Below the pieces are notes generated by a model. The model worked only from the letters and a program-made list of their open reading frames with translations, had not been told where the DNA came from and searched no databases. The translations under genes and the position numbers were made by a program. A DNA stretch of 64,000 nucleotides, from NCBI GenBank assembly GCA_965368975.1, contig CBDUPA010000011.1, positions 160,001-224,000 on the forward strand, in the 5' to 3' direction. Positions 32,945 through 42,526 of this stretch are shown here, in pieces (the first letter of the stretch is position 1; each line of letters starts with the position of its first letter). The stretch comes from an uncultured bacterium (GTDB taxonomy: Bacteria > Acidobacteriota > Thermoanaerobaculia > Multivoradales > JAHZIX01).

Positions 32945-33805
32945 ATGCAAGCCCACGCCGCCGCGCCCTCCAAGCCAGAGCCCTCGCAAACGGACGACGA
33001 GCTGACCGCGATCGAGGCGGGTTACCCGTGCTGTCCGGAGCAAGTTCCAGAAACGACGCTCGAACAAGGTCGCTATCTACTGCGGTTCGCCCGCACGCCC
33101 GCGGAGGTGCGGACCGTCCTGCATCTGCGCTTCCAGGTGTTCAACCTCGAGCTTGGTGAGGGCCTGGAGTCGTCGCGCGATTTGGGCCTTGATGTGGATG
33201 GTTTCGACGCCGTCTGCCATCACCTGATGGTGCAGGACAAGACCACTGGTGAGATCGTCGGTACGTACCGCCTGCAGACCCACGACATGGCGGCCGCGCA
33301 CAAGGGGTTCTACTCCTCGGGAGAGTTCGATCTGTCCGTGCTTCCCGCTGACATCGCGGGGGAGTGTGTCGAGCTGGGGCGTGCCTGCATCGCCCTGTCG
33401 CACCGCAACCGGCAGGTTCTGTTCCTGCTGTGGAAGGGGCTGGCGCTGTACTTGACCTGGAACCGCAAGCGCTATTTGTTCGGCTGTTCCTCCTTGACCA
33501 GCCAAGATCCCCGGGACGGGCTGGAAATGCTACAGTACCTGTCCGATCGCGGCCACTTGCACCCGACGCTGGTCGTGCCGCCGTTACCCGGGTTCGAATG
33601 CGAACTACCCGCCGACGCTCCGCCGATCGTCTCTGACGACGTCGAGGTCCCCGGGTTGTTCCGCAGCTACCTGCGCTACGGTGCCAAGATCTGTGGTGCA
33701 CCGGCTATCGATCGCGAGTTCAAGACCATCGATTTCTTCATGCTGTTCGACCTCGGTGGCCTCGACGACCGGCGATACCAGATCTACTTCGACGCACAGC
33801 GCTGA
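32945..33805 (+). CDS. GNAT N-acyltransferase (OlsB-like, acyl-ACP:amino acid)
   Basis: LRFQVF, DGFDAVCHHL, VGTYRL, ELGRAC, YLRYGA...DREF. Confidence 0.85.
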   Translation: MQAHAAAPSKPEPSQTDDELTAIEAGYPCCPEQVPETTLEQGRYLLRFARTPAEVRTVLHLRFQVFNLELGEGLESSRDLGLDVDGFDAVCHHLMVQDKTTGEIVGTYRLQTHDMAAAHKGFYSSGEFDLSVLPADIAGECVELGRACIALSHRNRQVLFLLWKGLALYLTWNRKRYLFGCSSLTSQDPRDGLEMLQYLSDRGHLHPTLVVPPLPGFECELPADAPPIVSDDVEVPGLFRSYLRYGAKICGAPAIDREFKTIDFFMLFDLGGLDDRRYQIYFDAQR

Positions 33806-33897
33806 GTTTCGGCGACCGCGGAGGAGGTCGCCGTTGTGGCCCGTTTGCCGGCCTTCGAGGTCAGTCTATCGGACGTCTCGTGTAACCGGCGCCTTCC

Positions 33898-34689
33898 ATG
33901 ACCTGGCTGCTCCTCGCCCTACGCGTTGTCTTGGTACTTTCCTACACACTCGGCTGTTACCTGACGCTGATCGTAGGACGTGCCCTGCTATGGCTCGTGC
34001 GGCGCTCGTCGCAGCATTGGTCCGACGAGATCTATCGCCTTTGGGGCGCTGGCATGACGCGTCTGTTGGGGATCCGTGTCGACGTGCGTGGTCCCACGCC
34101 ACCCAGACCATTTCTGCTCGTCTCCAACCACCTGAGCTATGTCGACATCTTCTTGCTCGCCGGCCTGTTCGGCTGTGTCTTTGTCGCCAAGTCGGAGATC
34201 GCGCGCTGGCCGCTGATCGGCCACCTGTGTCGCGCCGTTGGCACCATCTTCGTCGACCGTCAGAGCCGCCGCGATGCACTGCGCGTCGGCACGCAGATCC
34301 ACGAAACGCTGGCTGCTGGGCGCAGCGTGGTGGTCTTTCCCGAGGGAACGACCTCCGGCGGCGAAACCGTGGAGCCGTTCAAGGCGTCGTTGCTCGCTCC
34401 CGCGGCCGCGCAAGAGGTGCCGGTCTACGGCGCGGCTCTCAGTTATCAGACCCCGGCGGACGTCCCGCCGGCTCGCCTCTCCGTGTGCTGGTGGGCAGAT
34501 ATGCAGCTGGTTCCGCACCTGTTCGGCCTTTTCCGCTTGCCATCGTTCTGTGCTAGCGTCAACTTTGCCGAAGCACCGATCCAAGATTCGGATCGCAAGC
34601 GACTTGCTCGCCGTTTGCACACGGCAATTCTCGCCAAGTTCACCCCGGTGACCGGGTCGGAGGACGGATGCAACCTCAAGAACTCTTGA
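33898..34689 (+). CDS. PlsC/OlsA-like lysolipid acyltransferase
   Basis: NHLSYVD, FVAK, FPEGT. Confidence 0.9.
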   Translation: MTWLLLALRVVLVLSYTLGCYLTLIVGRALLWLVRRSSQHWSDEIYRLWGAGMTRLLGIRVDVRGPTPPRPFLLVSNHLSYVDIFLLAGLFGCVFVAKSEIARWPLIGHLCRAVGTIFVDRQSRRDALRVGTQIHETLAAGRSVVVFPEGTTSGGETVEPFKASLLAPAAAQEVPVYGAALSYQTPADVPPARLSVCWWADMQLVPHLFGLFRLPSFCASVNFAEAPIQDSDRKRLARRLHTAILAKFTPVTGSEDGCNLKNS

Positions 34690-35201
34690 CGTTGAAGAAT
34701 ATCGAGTTTCTCAAGCAGGGCTCTGCCCTGATCGAACAGTTGGATGACGAGGTGTACTCTGCCCCGACACCCCCTCTCGGCAACAGCGGCGTCGGCGCAC
34801 ACTTCCGGCACTGCCTCGACTACTATCGCTGCTTCCTCTACGGTGTCGATAGTGGCAAAGTCGACTACGACGCGCGTCACCGCGACCCACGGGTCGAGGT
34901 GGATCGCCGGCATGCCCAAGCGTGCATCGATGATTTGATCGAACGTCTCCGAGCCGTGTCGAGGCTCGATGCCGCTCAGGAGCTGGAAGTCAGCGTCGAC
35001 AGCCCGGAGCGTGAGCTGCGCCATCTGCAGTGGAGCCGTTCGACCCTACTGCGTGAACTGCAGATGCTGGTGAGCCACACCGTGCACCACTATGCTCTGA
35101 TTGCCGTTCTGCTGCGTTCCCGAGGCCTCGATCCAGGTGCGGAGTTCGGCGTCGCACCCTCCACCCTCGACCATTGGCAGCAGACCGCCGCAGCCTCCTG
35201 A
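34668..35201 (+). CDS. DinB family protein
   Basis: GAHFRH, YDARHRD, SHTVHH, FGVAPST. Confidence 0.85.
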   Translation: MQPQELLTLKNIEFLKQGSALIEQLDDEVYSAPTPPLGNSGVGAHFRHCLDYYRCFLYGVDSGKVDYDARHRDPRVEVDRRHAQACIDDLIERLRAVSRLDAAQELEVSVDSPERELRHLQWSRSTLLRELQMLVSHTVHHYALIAVLLRSRGLDPGAEFGVAPSTLDHWQQTAAAS

Positions 35202-35263
35202 CGCTGGCAGTTTTAGCGCCCGGCGTCTTCTGACCCGCGTCCCCTGCCGAGCCGTCCGCGATC

Positions 35264-37903
35264 GTGTCGACCAAGCTTCGCGCCCTGCTCGTTGTCTACT
35301 TGCTGCTGCTGGGGGCGTCGCACGTGGTGCGGTTGCTGTTCCCGCAGCCCGGACCCGAACGGCCGCCGATCCAGCTCCCCGGGCACGCGGTTCTGCAAGC
35401 CGCTGCCGTCGACGACACCGATCTGCTGCCCCGCAAGCAGGTACGTCTGGCCTACCGCTACTGGCGTGCGGAGGAGGCCTCGCCTGCAGCCGATATCGAC
35501 GCCAGCGCCGAGCGTCCTACCGTCCTGCTGATCCACGGCAGTCCAGGCGGCGCCAGTAACTTCGATGGCATGGTGCCCGACCTGCGGCGTCGCTACGATG
35601 TCCTGGTGCCGGACCTGCCCGGCTTCGGTGACTCGCAGCTCGACATTCCGGACTACTCCTTCCGCGCGCATGCGCGCTACTGCCTGCAGCTGCTCGATGA
35701 CCTCGGCATCGAGCAGGTCCATGCCGTCGGTTTCAGCATGGGCGGTGGGGTGGTCCTGGAGCTGGCCGAGCAGCGTCCCGACGCTATCGCCTCTCTGACC
35801 CTCTTGGCCGCTATCGGGGTGCAGGAGATGGAGCTGCTGGGCAACTACCAGCTCAACCACGTCGTGCATGGGCTGCAAGTCGGTTTTCTCTGGCTCTTGG
35901 GCGAGGGAGTGCCGCACTTTGGTGCCTGGGATGGTGCCTTTTTCGGCATCCCCTACGCTCGCAACTTCTACGACAGCGACCAGCGTCCGCTACGAGGCTA
36001 CTTGCAGCGCTACGACAGACCGATGCTGATCGTGCACGGCCAGGACGACATGCTGGTGCCGGTCGGGGCAGCGATCGAGCACGCACGCCTGGTGCCGCAG
36101 AGCGAGCTGCAGCTGCTCGACCGCAATCACTTCTTCGTCTTCTCGGAAGGGCCGCGGCTGGCTGCTACCTTCGAAGCCTTCTTCCAGCGTGTTGATGCCA
36201 GCGACGTCGCCACCCGTGCCACTGCAGCACCCGAACGGATCGCGCGAGCCACCGCACCCTTTCGTCCCGAAGACCTTCCGCCGCTCGACGGTTTCGCACT
36301 GGTCATGCTGCTCTTCGTCATCGCTGTTTCCACCCTGGTCAGCGAAGACCTCACCTGCATCGCCACTGGCCTGCTCGTCGCCGCCGGCCGTATCTCCTTC
36401 CTGCCCGGCACCCTGGCCTGCCTGGTCGGCATCTTCGTCGGAGATATGTTGCTCTATGCCGCCGGCCGCTTCATTGGGCGCCCTGCCCTCCTCCGTGCTC
36501 CCCTGAAATGGATGCTGCGTCCAGCCGATGTCGAACGCAGCTCCAAGTGGTTCGAGGAGAAAGGCCCCACCGTCATCATCCTCAGCCGCTTCGTGCCCGG
36601 CACCCGCTTGCCTACCTACTTCGCCGCCGGCCTCTTCCGTACGCACGCCCTGCGCTTCGTCTTCTACTTCCTGCTCGCTTGCATCGCCTGGACACCGGTG
36701 CTGGTGGGTCTAGCCATGTGGTTGGGAGCAGAGATGTGGCACTACTTCGAGCTCTTCGAAGACTACGTCTGGGTCGCGGGGGTGGGCTTGGTGCTGTTGA
36801 TCCTGATCGGTACTCGCATCCTGCTCCCCGCCGCCACCTGGCGCGGTCGCCGCCTGCTGCGCGGGTCGCTGCGTCGCAAACTGCGCTGGGAGTACTGGCC
36901 ACCCTGGGTTTTCTACCCACCGCTGGTTCTCTGGATCCTCTGGCTCGGTATGCGCTTCCGTGGCTTCACCCTGTTTACCGCCGCCAATCCGGGCATTCCG
37001 GCCGGCGGAGGGATGGTCGGTGAGTCCAAGTCACAGATCATGCAGGGCCTGTGCGGCGGCGTTGAGCAACCGCAACCTCCGGAGCTGGCCCGCTTCGACG
37101 TACTGCAAGCCACGGCATCGACAGATGCCCGCGTCGAGCAGTTGGAGGCCTTCCTACAGCGGATCGATTCCGTTTACCCTGTCGTCCTCAAGCCGGACAC
37201 CGGTGAGCGGGGTGCCGGCGTCCAGGTGGTGGCGTCGCGGCAGCAGGCCTCCGAGTATCTCGAAGCTGAGCCTGATCCGGTCATCGTTCAGGAGTACATC
37301 CCCGGCCGCGAGTTCGGTGTCTTCTACATGCGTCTACCGCAAGAAGAGAGGGGCTTCGTCTTCTCGATCACCGACAAACGCCTACCGTCCATCGTCGGCG
37401 ATGGGGAACGCACCGTCGAGGAGCTGATCCTGGCCGATAAGGATCTTCTGGCCATGGCGCGCTACTACCTACGCGTCCAGGAAGCACGCGTCGACGAGGT
37501 GTTGCCGGCCGGCGAGGAGCTGACCCTGGTACAACTCGGTACCCACTGCCGCGGCGCCGTCTTTCTAAGAGGAAGCCACCTGATCACCCCGGACCTAGAA
37601 ACCGCCATCGACCGTGTCAGTCAGCGCTTCGAAGGCTTCTACTTCGGGCGCTACGATGTGCGCACTCCGTCGGAGGAAGACTTGCGTCAGGGGCGCTTCA
37701 GAGTCCTGGAACTGAACGGCATCACGTCGGAGTCGACGGACATCTACGATCCGCAGAACTCGCTGTGGGAAGCGTACCTAGTGCTGTTCCGGCAGTGGCG
37801 GTATGCCTTCGAGATCGGGCGGCAGAACCGGGATGCGGGGGAGCAGGTGATGTCGTTGGGGGCGTTCTTGGGAATGGTGGGGCGGCACTTTCTGAGCCGG
37901 TAG
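35264..37903 (+). CDS. Alpha/beta hydrolase - DedA/VTT - ATP-grasp fusion
   Basis: HGSPG, GFSMGG; SEDL, SRFVPGTR; KPDTGERG, QEY, GRYDVR, LELNG. Confidence 0.88.
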   Translation: MSTKLRALLVVYLLLLGASHVVRLLFPQPGPERPPIQLPGHAVLQAAAVDDTDLLPRKQVRLAYRYWRAEEASPAADIDASAERPTVLLIHGSPGGASNFDGMVPDLRRRYDVLVPDLPGFGDSQLDIPDYSFRAHARYCLQLLDDLGIEQVHAVGFSMGGGVVLELAEQRPDAIASLTLLAAIGVQEMELLGNYQLNHVVHGLQVGFLWLLGEGVPHFGAWDGAFFGIPYARNFYDSDQRPLRGYLQRYDRPMLIVHGQDDMLVPVGAAIEHARLVPQSELQLLDRNHFFVFSEGPRLAATFEAFFQRVDASDVATRATAAPERIARATAPFRPEDLPPLDGFALVMLLFVIAVSTLVSEDLTCIATGLLVAAGRISFLPGTLACLVGIFVGDMLLYAAGRFIGRPALLRAPLKWMLRPADVERSSKWFEEKGPTVIILSRFVPGTRLPTYFAAGLFRTHALRFVFYFLLACIAWTPVLVGLAMWLGAEMWHYFELFEDYVWVAGVGLVLLILIGTRILLPAATWRGRRLLRGSLRRKLRWEYWPPWVFYPPLVLWILWLGMRFRGFTLFTAANPGIPAGGGMVGESKSQIMQGLCGGVEQPQPPELARFDVLQATASTDARVEQLEAFLQRIDSVYPVVLKPDTGERGAGVQVVASRQQASEYLEAEPDPVIVQEYIPGREFGVFYMRLPQEERGFVFSITDKRLPSIVGDGERTVEELILADKDLLAMARYYLRVQEARVDEVLPAGEELTLVQLGTHCRGAVFLRGSHLITPDLETAIDRVSQRFEGFYFGRYDVRTPSEEDLRQGRFRVLELNGITSESTDIYDPQNSLWEAYLVLFRQWRYAFEIGRQNRDAGEQVMSLGAFLGMVGRHFLSR

Positions 37904-37989
37904 TGTCACGAAAGACGCGGGCCACAGCACTCCTAGGATGGTGCGGCGGCGCTCTGCTCGTGCCAATTTATGCAGCATAGGAGGAATCA

Positions 37990-38178
37990 ATGATTCGGCG
38001 AAGTCGCAAGAAGCGCTTGAAGCTGCACCGGGAGATGCTCGGCTCTTTGGTGGAACAAGAGCTAGGCCAGGCGAAGGGTGGAAGTACCGTGCTTTGTACC
38101 CAAAGCGGTTCCTCCCAGGCCATCGAATCTTGTCCAGCCCTATTCTCGGGCTGTTGTCCCATTGCTGAGGGGCGTTAA
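37990..38178 (+). CDS. Precursor-like peptide P1: MIRRSRKKRLKLHREMLGSLVEQELGQAKGG|STVLCTQSGSSQAIESCPALFSGCCPIAEGR
   Basis: GGAGGA SD; conserved leader; double-Gly; Ser/Thr/Cys core. Confidence 0.85.
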   Translation: MIRRSRKKRLKLHREMLGSLVEQELGQAKGGSTVLCTQSGSSQAIESCPALFSGCCPIAEGR

Positions 38179-38224
38179 ATGCAAAAAAATCGTATTTATG
38201 CGCAATTACGGAAGGAAGTCGTAG

Positions 38225-38395
38225 ATGAAGCGCAAAGTAACCGAAAAGCGCACTTTGAGGTTGGTTCGTGAGACCCTCAAGGCACTCGAGAGCGCTGACT
38301 TGCCCAAGGTGCGTGGCGCTTACCACAGCTCACAGTTGTCTATCCCTACCATCGACGACGGTGACTCTTGTACTTGCTTCAGTCTGGGTATTTGA
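38225..38395 (+). CDS. Precursor-like peptide P2: MKRKVTEKRTLRLVRETLKALESADLPKVRGA|YHSSQLSIPTIDDGDSCTCFSLGI (not in ORF track)
   Basis: Manual translation, 56 aa; GGAAGG SD; same leader. Confidence 0.85.
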   Translation: MKRKVTEKRTLRLVRETLKALESADLPKVRGAYHSSQLSIPTIDDGDSCTCFSLGI

Positions 38396-38430
38396 AACCT
38401 GTTACGCACTATGCCCGAAGGCCGGCCGAC

Positions 38431-38563
38431 TCACCGCCAGTCTCCATGGACCTGGAACGCTGCCCAAAGCAAACTGCGTCCGCGACGCTTCCCCAGCGGT
38501 ACCACGCAGCAACTCAAATTTGTGCCTGGCGTAGGGCCGTGGCCCTGGGCAGTCCTGCTGTCC
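38431..38563 (-). pseudogene. Relic of the 3' end of a TPR-CHAT gene
   Basis: Aligns by eye to 42527-42658; with frameshifts reads AGLPRATALRQAQI/ELLRGTAGEASRTQFA/WAAFQVHGDWR*. Confidence 0.88.
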
Positions 38564-38624
38564 CCAAGAGACGCAAACGCAAGCGATGCCTGCCCCGTTT
38601 CTGTCCATAGCCTTAGAGGCCGGG

Positions 38625-38893
38625 GAGTATCTGGCCGCCAAGCCCGGTCCGATCATTGCTCAGGAGTACGTCTCCGGCCGCGATTCCTGGAACTGAACGC
38701 CACTACGTCCGAGTTGGCGGACATCCACCATCCGCAGAATTCGCAGTGGGAAGCGTACCGAGTGCTCTTCCGCCAGTGGCGGGTTGCCTTTGAGATTGTG
38801 TGGCAGAATCGGGAAATGGGCGTCGAGGTGATGTCCTGGGAGCGCCCCTGAAGATGGTGGCGCTGTACTTTCTGGGGCGGCAGTGTCACGAAA
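38625..38893 (+). pseudogene. Degraded duplicate of the 3' end of the hydrolase-DedA-ATP-grasp gene, with internal deletion
   Basis: Matches ~37253-37316 joined to ~37704-37913 (LELN...PQNSQWEAYRVLFRQWR; ends agtgtcacgaaa in both copies). Confidence 0.88.
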
Positions 38894-38980
38894 TGTCGAA
38901 TTTCCGCACTCCTCGGTTGAGCGAGCTTTGCACTTCGTGCCGGAGCGCAACTTCTATTGCTTCGCGGTTCTGGAGGAGCT

Positions 38981-39140
38981 ATGCGCAACCTGAAACGGCT
39001 TGAGCAGCGTCTTCACCTGAGCAAGGAAACCTTGAAAAGGCTAGAAGCCCCCGATCTCCAGTTGGCTGTAGGTGGCAGTGTCAACAAATAGTGGTGCTTG
39101 GGTTTCCTGCCCCTCGTGTCCCACTTCTGCCTTGATGTGA
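38981..39140 (+). pseudogene. Precursor-like peptide P3, frameshifted: MRNLKRLEQRLHLSKETLKRLEAPDLQLAVGG|SVNK* (stop 39091); removing one A gives core SVNNSGAWVSCPSCPTSALM
   Basis: GGAGGAG SD; exact LxLxKx5L leader; repaired core carries the family SCP motif. Confidence 0.75.
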
Positions 39141-39226
39141 AGTGAAGAAATTGAGGTGCTCCCGGCTTCTACAGTGCCGGTATCTTGGGCAACAAATGGC
39201 TGCCATCAACGAATAGGAAGTGAATC

Positions 39227-39394
39227 ATGAAAAAGAACAAGTTCAGCGAAAAACTCGTGTTGCACCGTGACACGCTAGTTCAACTAGAGAATGGGAGACT
39301 AGTTACGGCCGTGAAAGGCGGGGGAGAAGAGTCGACAATAACAAGGAGCGCTGGCACTATGTCGTGTACGTCTGTTTGTATTGGTGCTATTTAG
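39227..39394 (+). CDS. Precursor-like peptide P4: MKKNKFSEKLVLHRDTLVQLENGRLVTAVKGG|GEESTITRSAGTMSCTSVCIGAI (not in ORF track)
   Basis: Manual translation, 55 aa; AGGAAG SD; same leader. Confidence 0.85.
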   Translation: MKKNKFSEKLVLHRDTLVQLENGRLVTAVKGGGEESTITRSAGTMSCTSVCIGAI

Positions 39395-39422
39395 CTCGCG
39401 CTGGCGTGGCGAATATTCCTTT

Positions 39423-42395
39423 TTAAGCGTAGTTTCCGTAAAACAGAAATGCTCCCCATGCATAGGGGGCAGAGAGTTCTGGATCCCCGCTGCCTATCAT
39501 CTCGATCTGTACCTGTTGGAGAGCAAGGATCGGCGGTGTTCCCGAAGCGAGTTTTTTATAAAACCTTGTCATTATTACGGCCGTCGATCTGTCAGCAATC
39601 GGCCATAAGGAACCGATCACTGCGCGGGCACCCACTACCTGAAACGCTAGAGCTAGACTGAGGGGCCCGTCGCCTCGCATTTCTCTGCCTAGAGCACTTT
39701 CGCAAGATGACAGCACAACAAGGTCTGTTCCTTGCAGACGGGTCTCGCTGAGAATCTCCCTCATCTCAAGAATGCCGTTATCTTTGCCAACTTCGACTTG
39801 CTCGGGTAGTGAGAGTAAGAGCGCTGGATGCAGTGGCCATTGTGAATCCGATAACGTGTGAGTTGCAAAATGCAGATACCGAGTTCGAAGGGTACCCTTG
39901 GCACGCTCTTCGATGGCGTCAGGTCCAAAGAAAATGCGACTTCTAGAACCGAAGAGCGCTCCGACCTGTTCGACTTCTGCCTGACTAAATGGCAGTTGGC
40001 GCAGCTTGAAGCCGCGATTCAGGGCGGCAAATACTTGCCCGTTGTCCATTAGCTGACCGTCGGCGGACTCAAGATGGATGGGAAACGACGGATTGCCGAA
40101 TGCCGTAAACTCTACCGGTGGTAACTCTGATGAGCTTCTTGATCTCAGCTCTGAATAGGACGATCCAGACAGGCCGAAGAAAAGGGCAACTTTCTCGATC
40201 AGGTAGTGGTCGTCAGTGCGTAGAGTGGACCAAGGCAGGGAATGCAAAGCTCCGTCAGGGAGGATCAGCAGTCTTTCGAAATCGCTTAGTGAGTGCCGCA
40301 ACGCGGGTGGAAAGAGAGCGATGAAGAGGTCTCGACCAACGACGCGAAGTCTGTCGAGTTTCTGTTGCCACTGCGGATGTTGCGGGTGCGCGCTGAGTAT
40401 GAGAGATCGTATTTGTTGAACTTTTCTCTGTACTTCGCCTTGGTTGATTGGCAGTGAATAGGTTGCCAGTTCCTGTCTGTTGCCGAGAGTAAAGACGAAG
40501 GACTCTTGCTCCGCAACGAAGAATGAAACCAAGAGCGTCTCTTGGTCGAGGGAACTCTGCATATCGCTGACTTGCTTGCCTTGATCTTGGGCACTGCTAC
40601 GGGGGCTGAGTTGTAAGGGCCGTACAGTGAACTGGCGAAGAAGTTTCTCGTAATCAAGCTTTGCCTGGAATAGCTCATCCCTGAGAGACTGTTCTTGCTG
40701 CCCTTGGTTCTGAGTTCTACCGACTAGGAGTTCGAATCGAAGCGAGTTCAGTTGCTCTTCCAACTTGAGTTTCAGGTGCTGAACAGTGGCAGGAACATCC
40801 ATTAGCTCCTTTGAAGCTTCATGCTCTGCTCGCATGATTCGGAAGCCCTGGGCTCTAGATCGCTCCAAAGTCTCAAATGCTTTGGTTGGCTGCCCTCCCC
40901 GAATAAGGGCTAGAACCAGATGCTGATAATAGTCATGGTGCCATGAACGATAGTCGACCCTCGATTGCGCCAGATGAGAGATCTGATGCTCTAGTGTGTT
41001 AACTGCATCTTGTAGCCATCTCAAGCTAGCGGTAGGGTTTCCGCCGTTGGCCTCTAGGAGTCCTCGATCTCTTTGAAACTCTGCTAGCCACAAGGTTTCT
41101 GAGGCTAGCTCCTGCACGATCTCAATGCCACGATCAGAGGCTTTCCGGGCTTCGGTAAGTTCTCCAGATTCCCACAAAATCTTGGCGAGCTGATTTTCCG
41201 TCTCGGCGGTCCAATACGAGTTTCGACTTTCCTGAAGTCGGATCTCGCGAGCCTGAAGAATCAGGGCTCTTGCCATCTCCAAGTTACCTTGAGCTTGATG
41301 CAGTCGAGCCAGTAAGACGAGTGTGTTAGCAATACGCGGTGATTCTGTTGTACCTTCCGACCTTCTACTTAGAGCCAGTGATGCAGTCGCAAGGCGGATA
41401 CCTTCTTCGATAGTGTTGGTTAATAGACAGATTCTAGCGGAGCGCATTAGTAGCTCGGCTGTTCGGTGGCTTTCTGGGTGGTGTTGCTGCAGGATCCTTA
41501 GTGCAGTTGTGTAGTGTGACGAAGCTGAAACCGGCCTTCTTCGCCATTCGTCCAATTTTCCTAGTTGCCGGAAAGTCTCTGCAAGTAAGACTGGACGGGC
41601 GTTGCCCGCTTGAAAGTTACGAAGAGCCCTCTGAAGCCAATACTCGGCTCGGTCGTGCTCTGCTTGCATGCGAGCAGTGACGCCCAGTTGAAGGTAAGTA
41701 CCTCCGAGTAGATAACTCTTCGGTGCCCTAGTCTCAAGGATGTCTTGCGCATATTCTAGATATGTCTGTGACTCTTCTAATGCGAGTTCTTGTCCCAAGA
41801 TGAGTCCCAGGCAGCCGAGGGTGTAAGCTTTCTCAACGCTATCTACTTTGACCTGTTGAATGGACTGTAGTGCGCGCCGGCAGAGAGCTTCACCTTGATT
41901 CCAGTCTTCCTGCAGGAAGAGGATGATACCAAGTCGAAAGTATGCTCTTGATCTTAGTCTTGGTTCTTCTTGCCTCTCAGAGAGCAGCACAGCTTGCTCG
42001 TAGTACCAGCGTGCACCTGTGAAGTCATCGCGATCTTCTGCTAGGTTGCCGAGGGCAATTTGTACTTCCGCCTTCTCTGATGGGTAGACGGTCCAGTTTA
42101 GAGTCGTGCGAAGTACCCGCTCGGCCAGTTGATATTCACTTTCTGCATTCGTCCATTCTTCAGGGTGCAGTATTTCCTGTGCTTGGTTCCACAATGCTTG
42201 AGCCAGCGGTAGGCTAAAACTGGCTCGCGTATAGAGTGGAGACAGCTCCTGCCAAGGCACTACAGCTTCTGCTCCTTGTGCTGCTGTGAATCCCTGTGAT
42301 GTTCCTCGCTTCAGCAATAACGACAAAAAGAGGAGACAGATCAAGCCCAGGTCAGGGAACCTTGGGTGCTTGGACATCATGCAGGGCTGCTTCAT
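39423..42395 (-). CDS. TPR-CHAT (caspase-like) protein 1 with N-terminal hydrophobic segment
   Basis: TPR array; ERSRAQ; ILPDGALHSLPW; HFATHT and VLSSC (His/Cys dyad); SLWPI; WGAF. Confidence 0.92.
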   Translation of the reverse strand: MKQPCMMSKHPRFPDLGLICLLFLSLLLKRGTSQGFTAAQGAEAVVPWQELSPLYTRASFSLPLAQALWNQAQEILHPEEWTNAESEYQLAERVLRTTLNWTVYPSEKAEVQIALGNLAEDRDDFTGARWYYEQAVLLSERQEEPRLRSRAYFRLGIILFLQEDWNQGEALCRRALQSIQQVKVDSVEKAYTLGCLGLILGQELALEESQTYLEYAQDILETRAPKSYLLGGTYLQLGVTARMQAEHDRAEYWLQRALRNFQAGNARPVLLAETFRQLGKLDEWRRRPVSASSHYTTALRILQQHHPESHRTAELLMRSARICLLTNTIEEGIRLATASLALSRRSEGTTESPRIANTLVLLARLHQAQGNLEMARALILQAREIRLQESRNSYWTAETENQLAKILWESGELTEARKASDRGIEIVQELASETLWLAEFQRDRGLLEANGGNPTASLRWLQDAVNTLEHQISHLAQSRVDYRSWHHDYYQHLVLALIRGGQPTKAFETLERSRAQGFRIMRAEHEASKELMDVPATVQHLKLKLEEQLNSLRFELLVGRTQNQGQQEQSLRDELFQAKLDYEKLLRQFTVRPLQLSPRSSAQDQGKQVSDMQSSLDQETLLVSFFVAEQESFVFTLGNRQELATYSLPINQGEVQRKVQQIRSLILSAHPQHPQWQQKLDRLRVVGRDLFIALFPPALRHSLSDFERLLILPDGALHSLPWSTLRTDDHYLIEKVALFFGLSGSSYSELRSRSSSELPPVEFTAFGNPSFPIHLESADGQLMDNGQVFAALNRGFKLRQLPFSQAEVEQVGALFGSRSRIFFGPDAIEERAKGTLRTRYLHFATHTLSDSQWPLHPALLLSLPEQVEVGKDNGILEMREILSETRLQGTDLVVLSSCESALGREMRGDGPLSLALAFQVVGARAVIGSLWPIADRSTAVIMTRFYKKLASGTPPILALQQVQIEMIGSGDPELSAPYAWGAFLFYGNYA

Positions 42396-42526
42396 TCGTT
42401 TCCTAAACCGACACCGCTAGTCGTCGTAACCTGAAGCGACACGCCAGTGTGCCTTTCATTCCTAGAGATGGGCTAGGGCCGGGCGTGAGCAGTTGGCGAT
42501 AGTCGACGTGTTCAGACGGTGTCAGC

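Noticed and set aside
35264-38395. ATP-grasp domain as a graspetide maturase for P1/P2
   Set aside because: It is fused to DedA/hydrolase in a lipid operon, and the cores lack graspetide-type repeats; adjacency is explained by the insertion site.
39089-39145. Pyrrolysine/readthrough at the P3 TAG
   Set aside because: The readthrough product lacks the Ser-Cys family motif; a 1-nt frameshift explains it better and no pyl genes are present.
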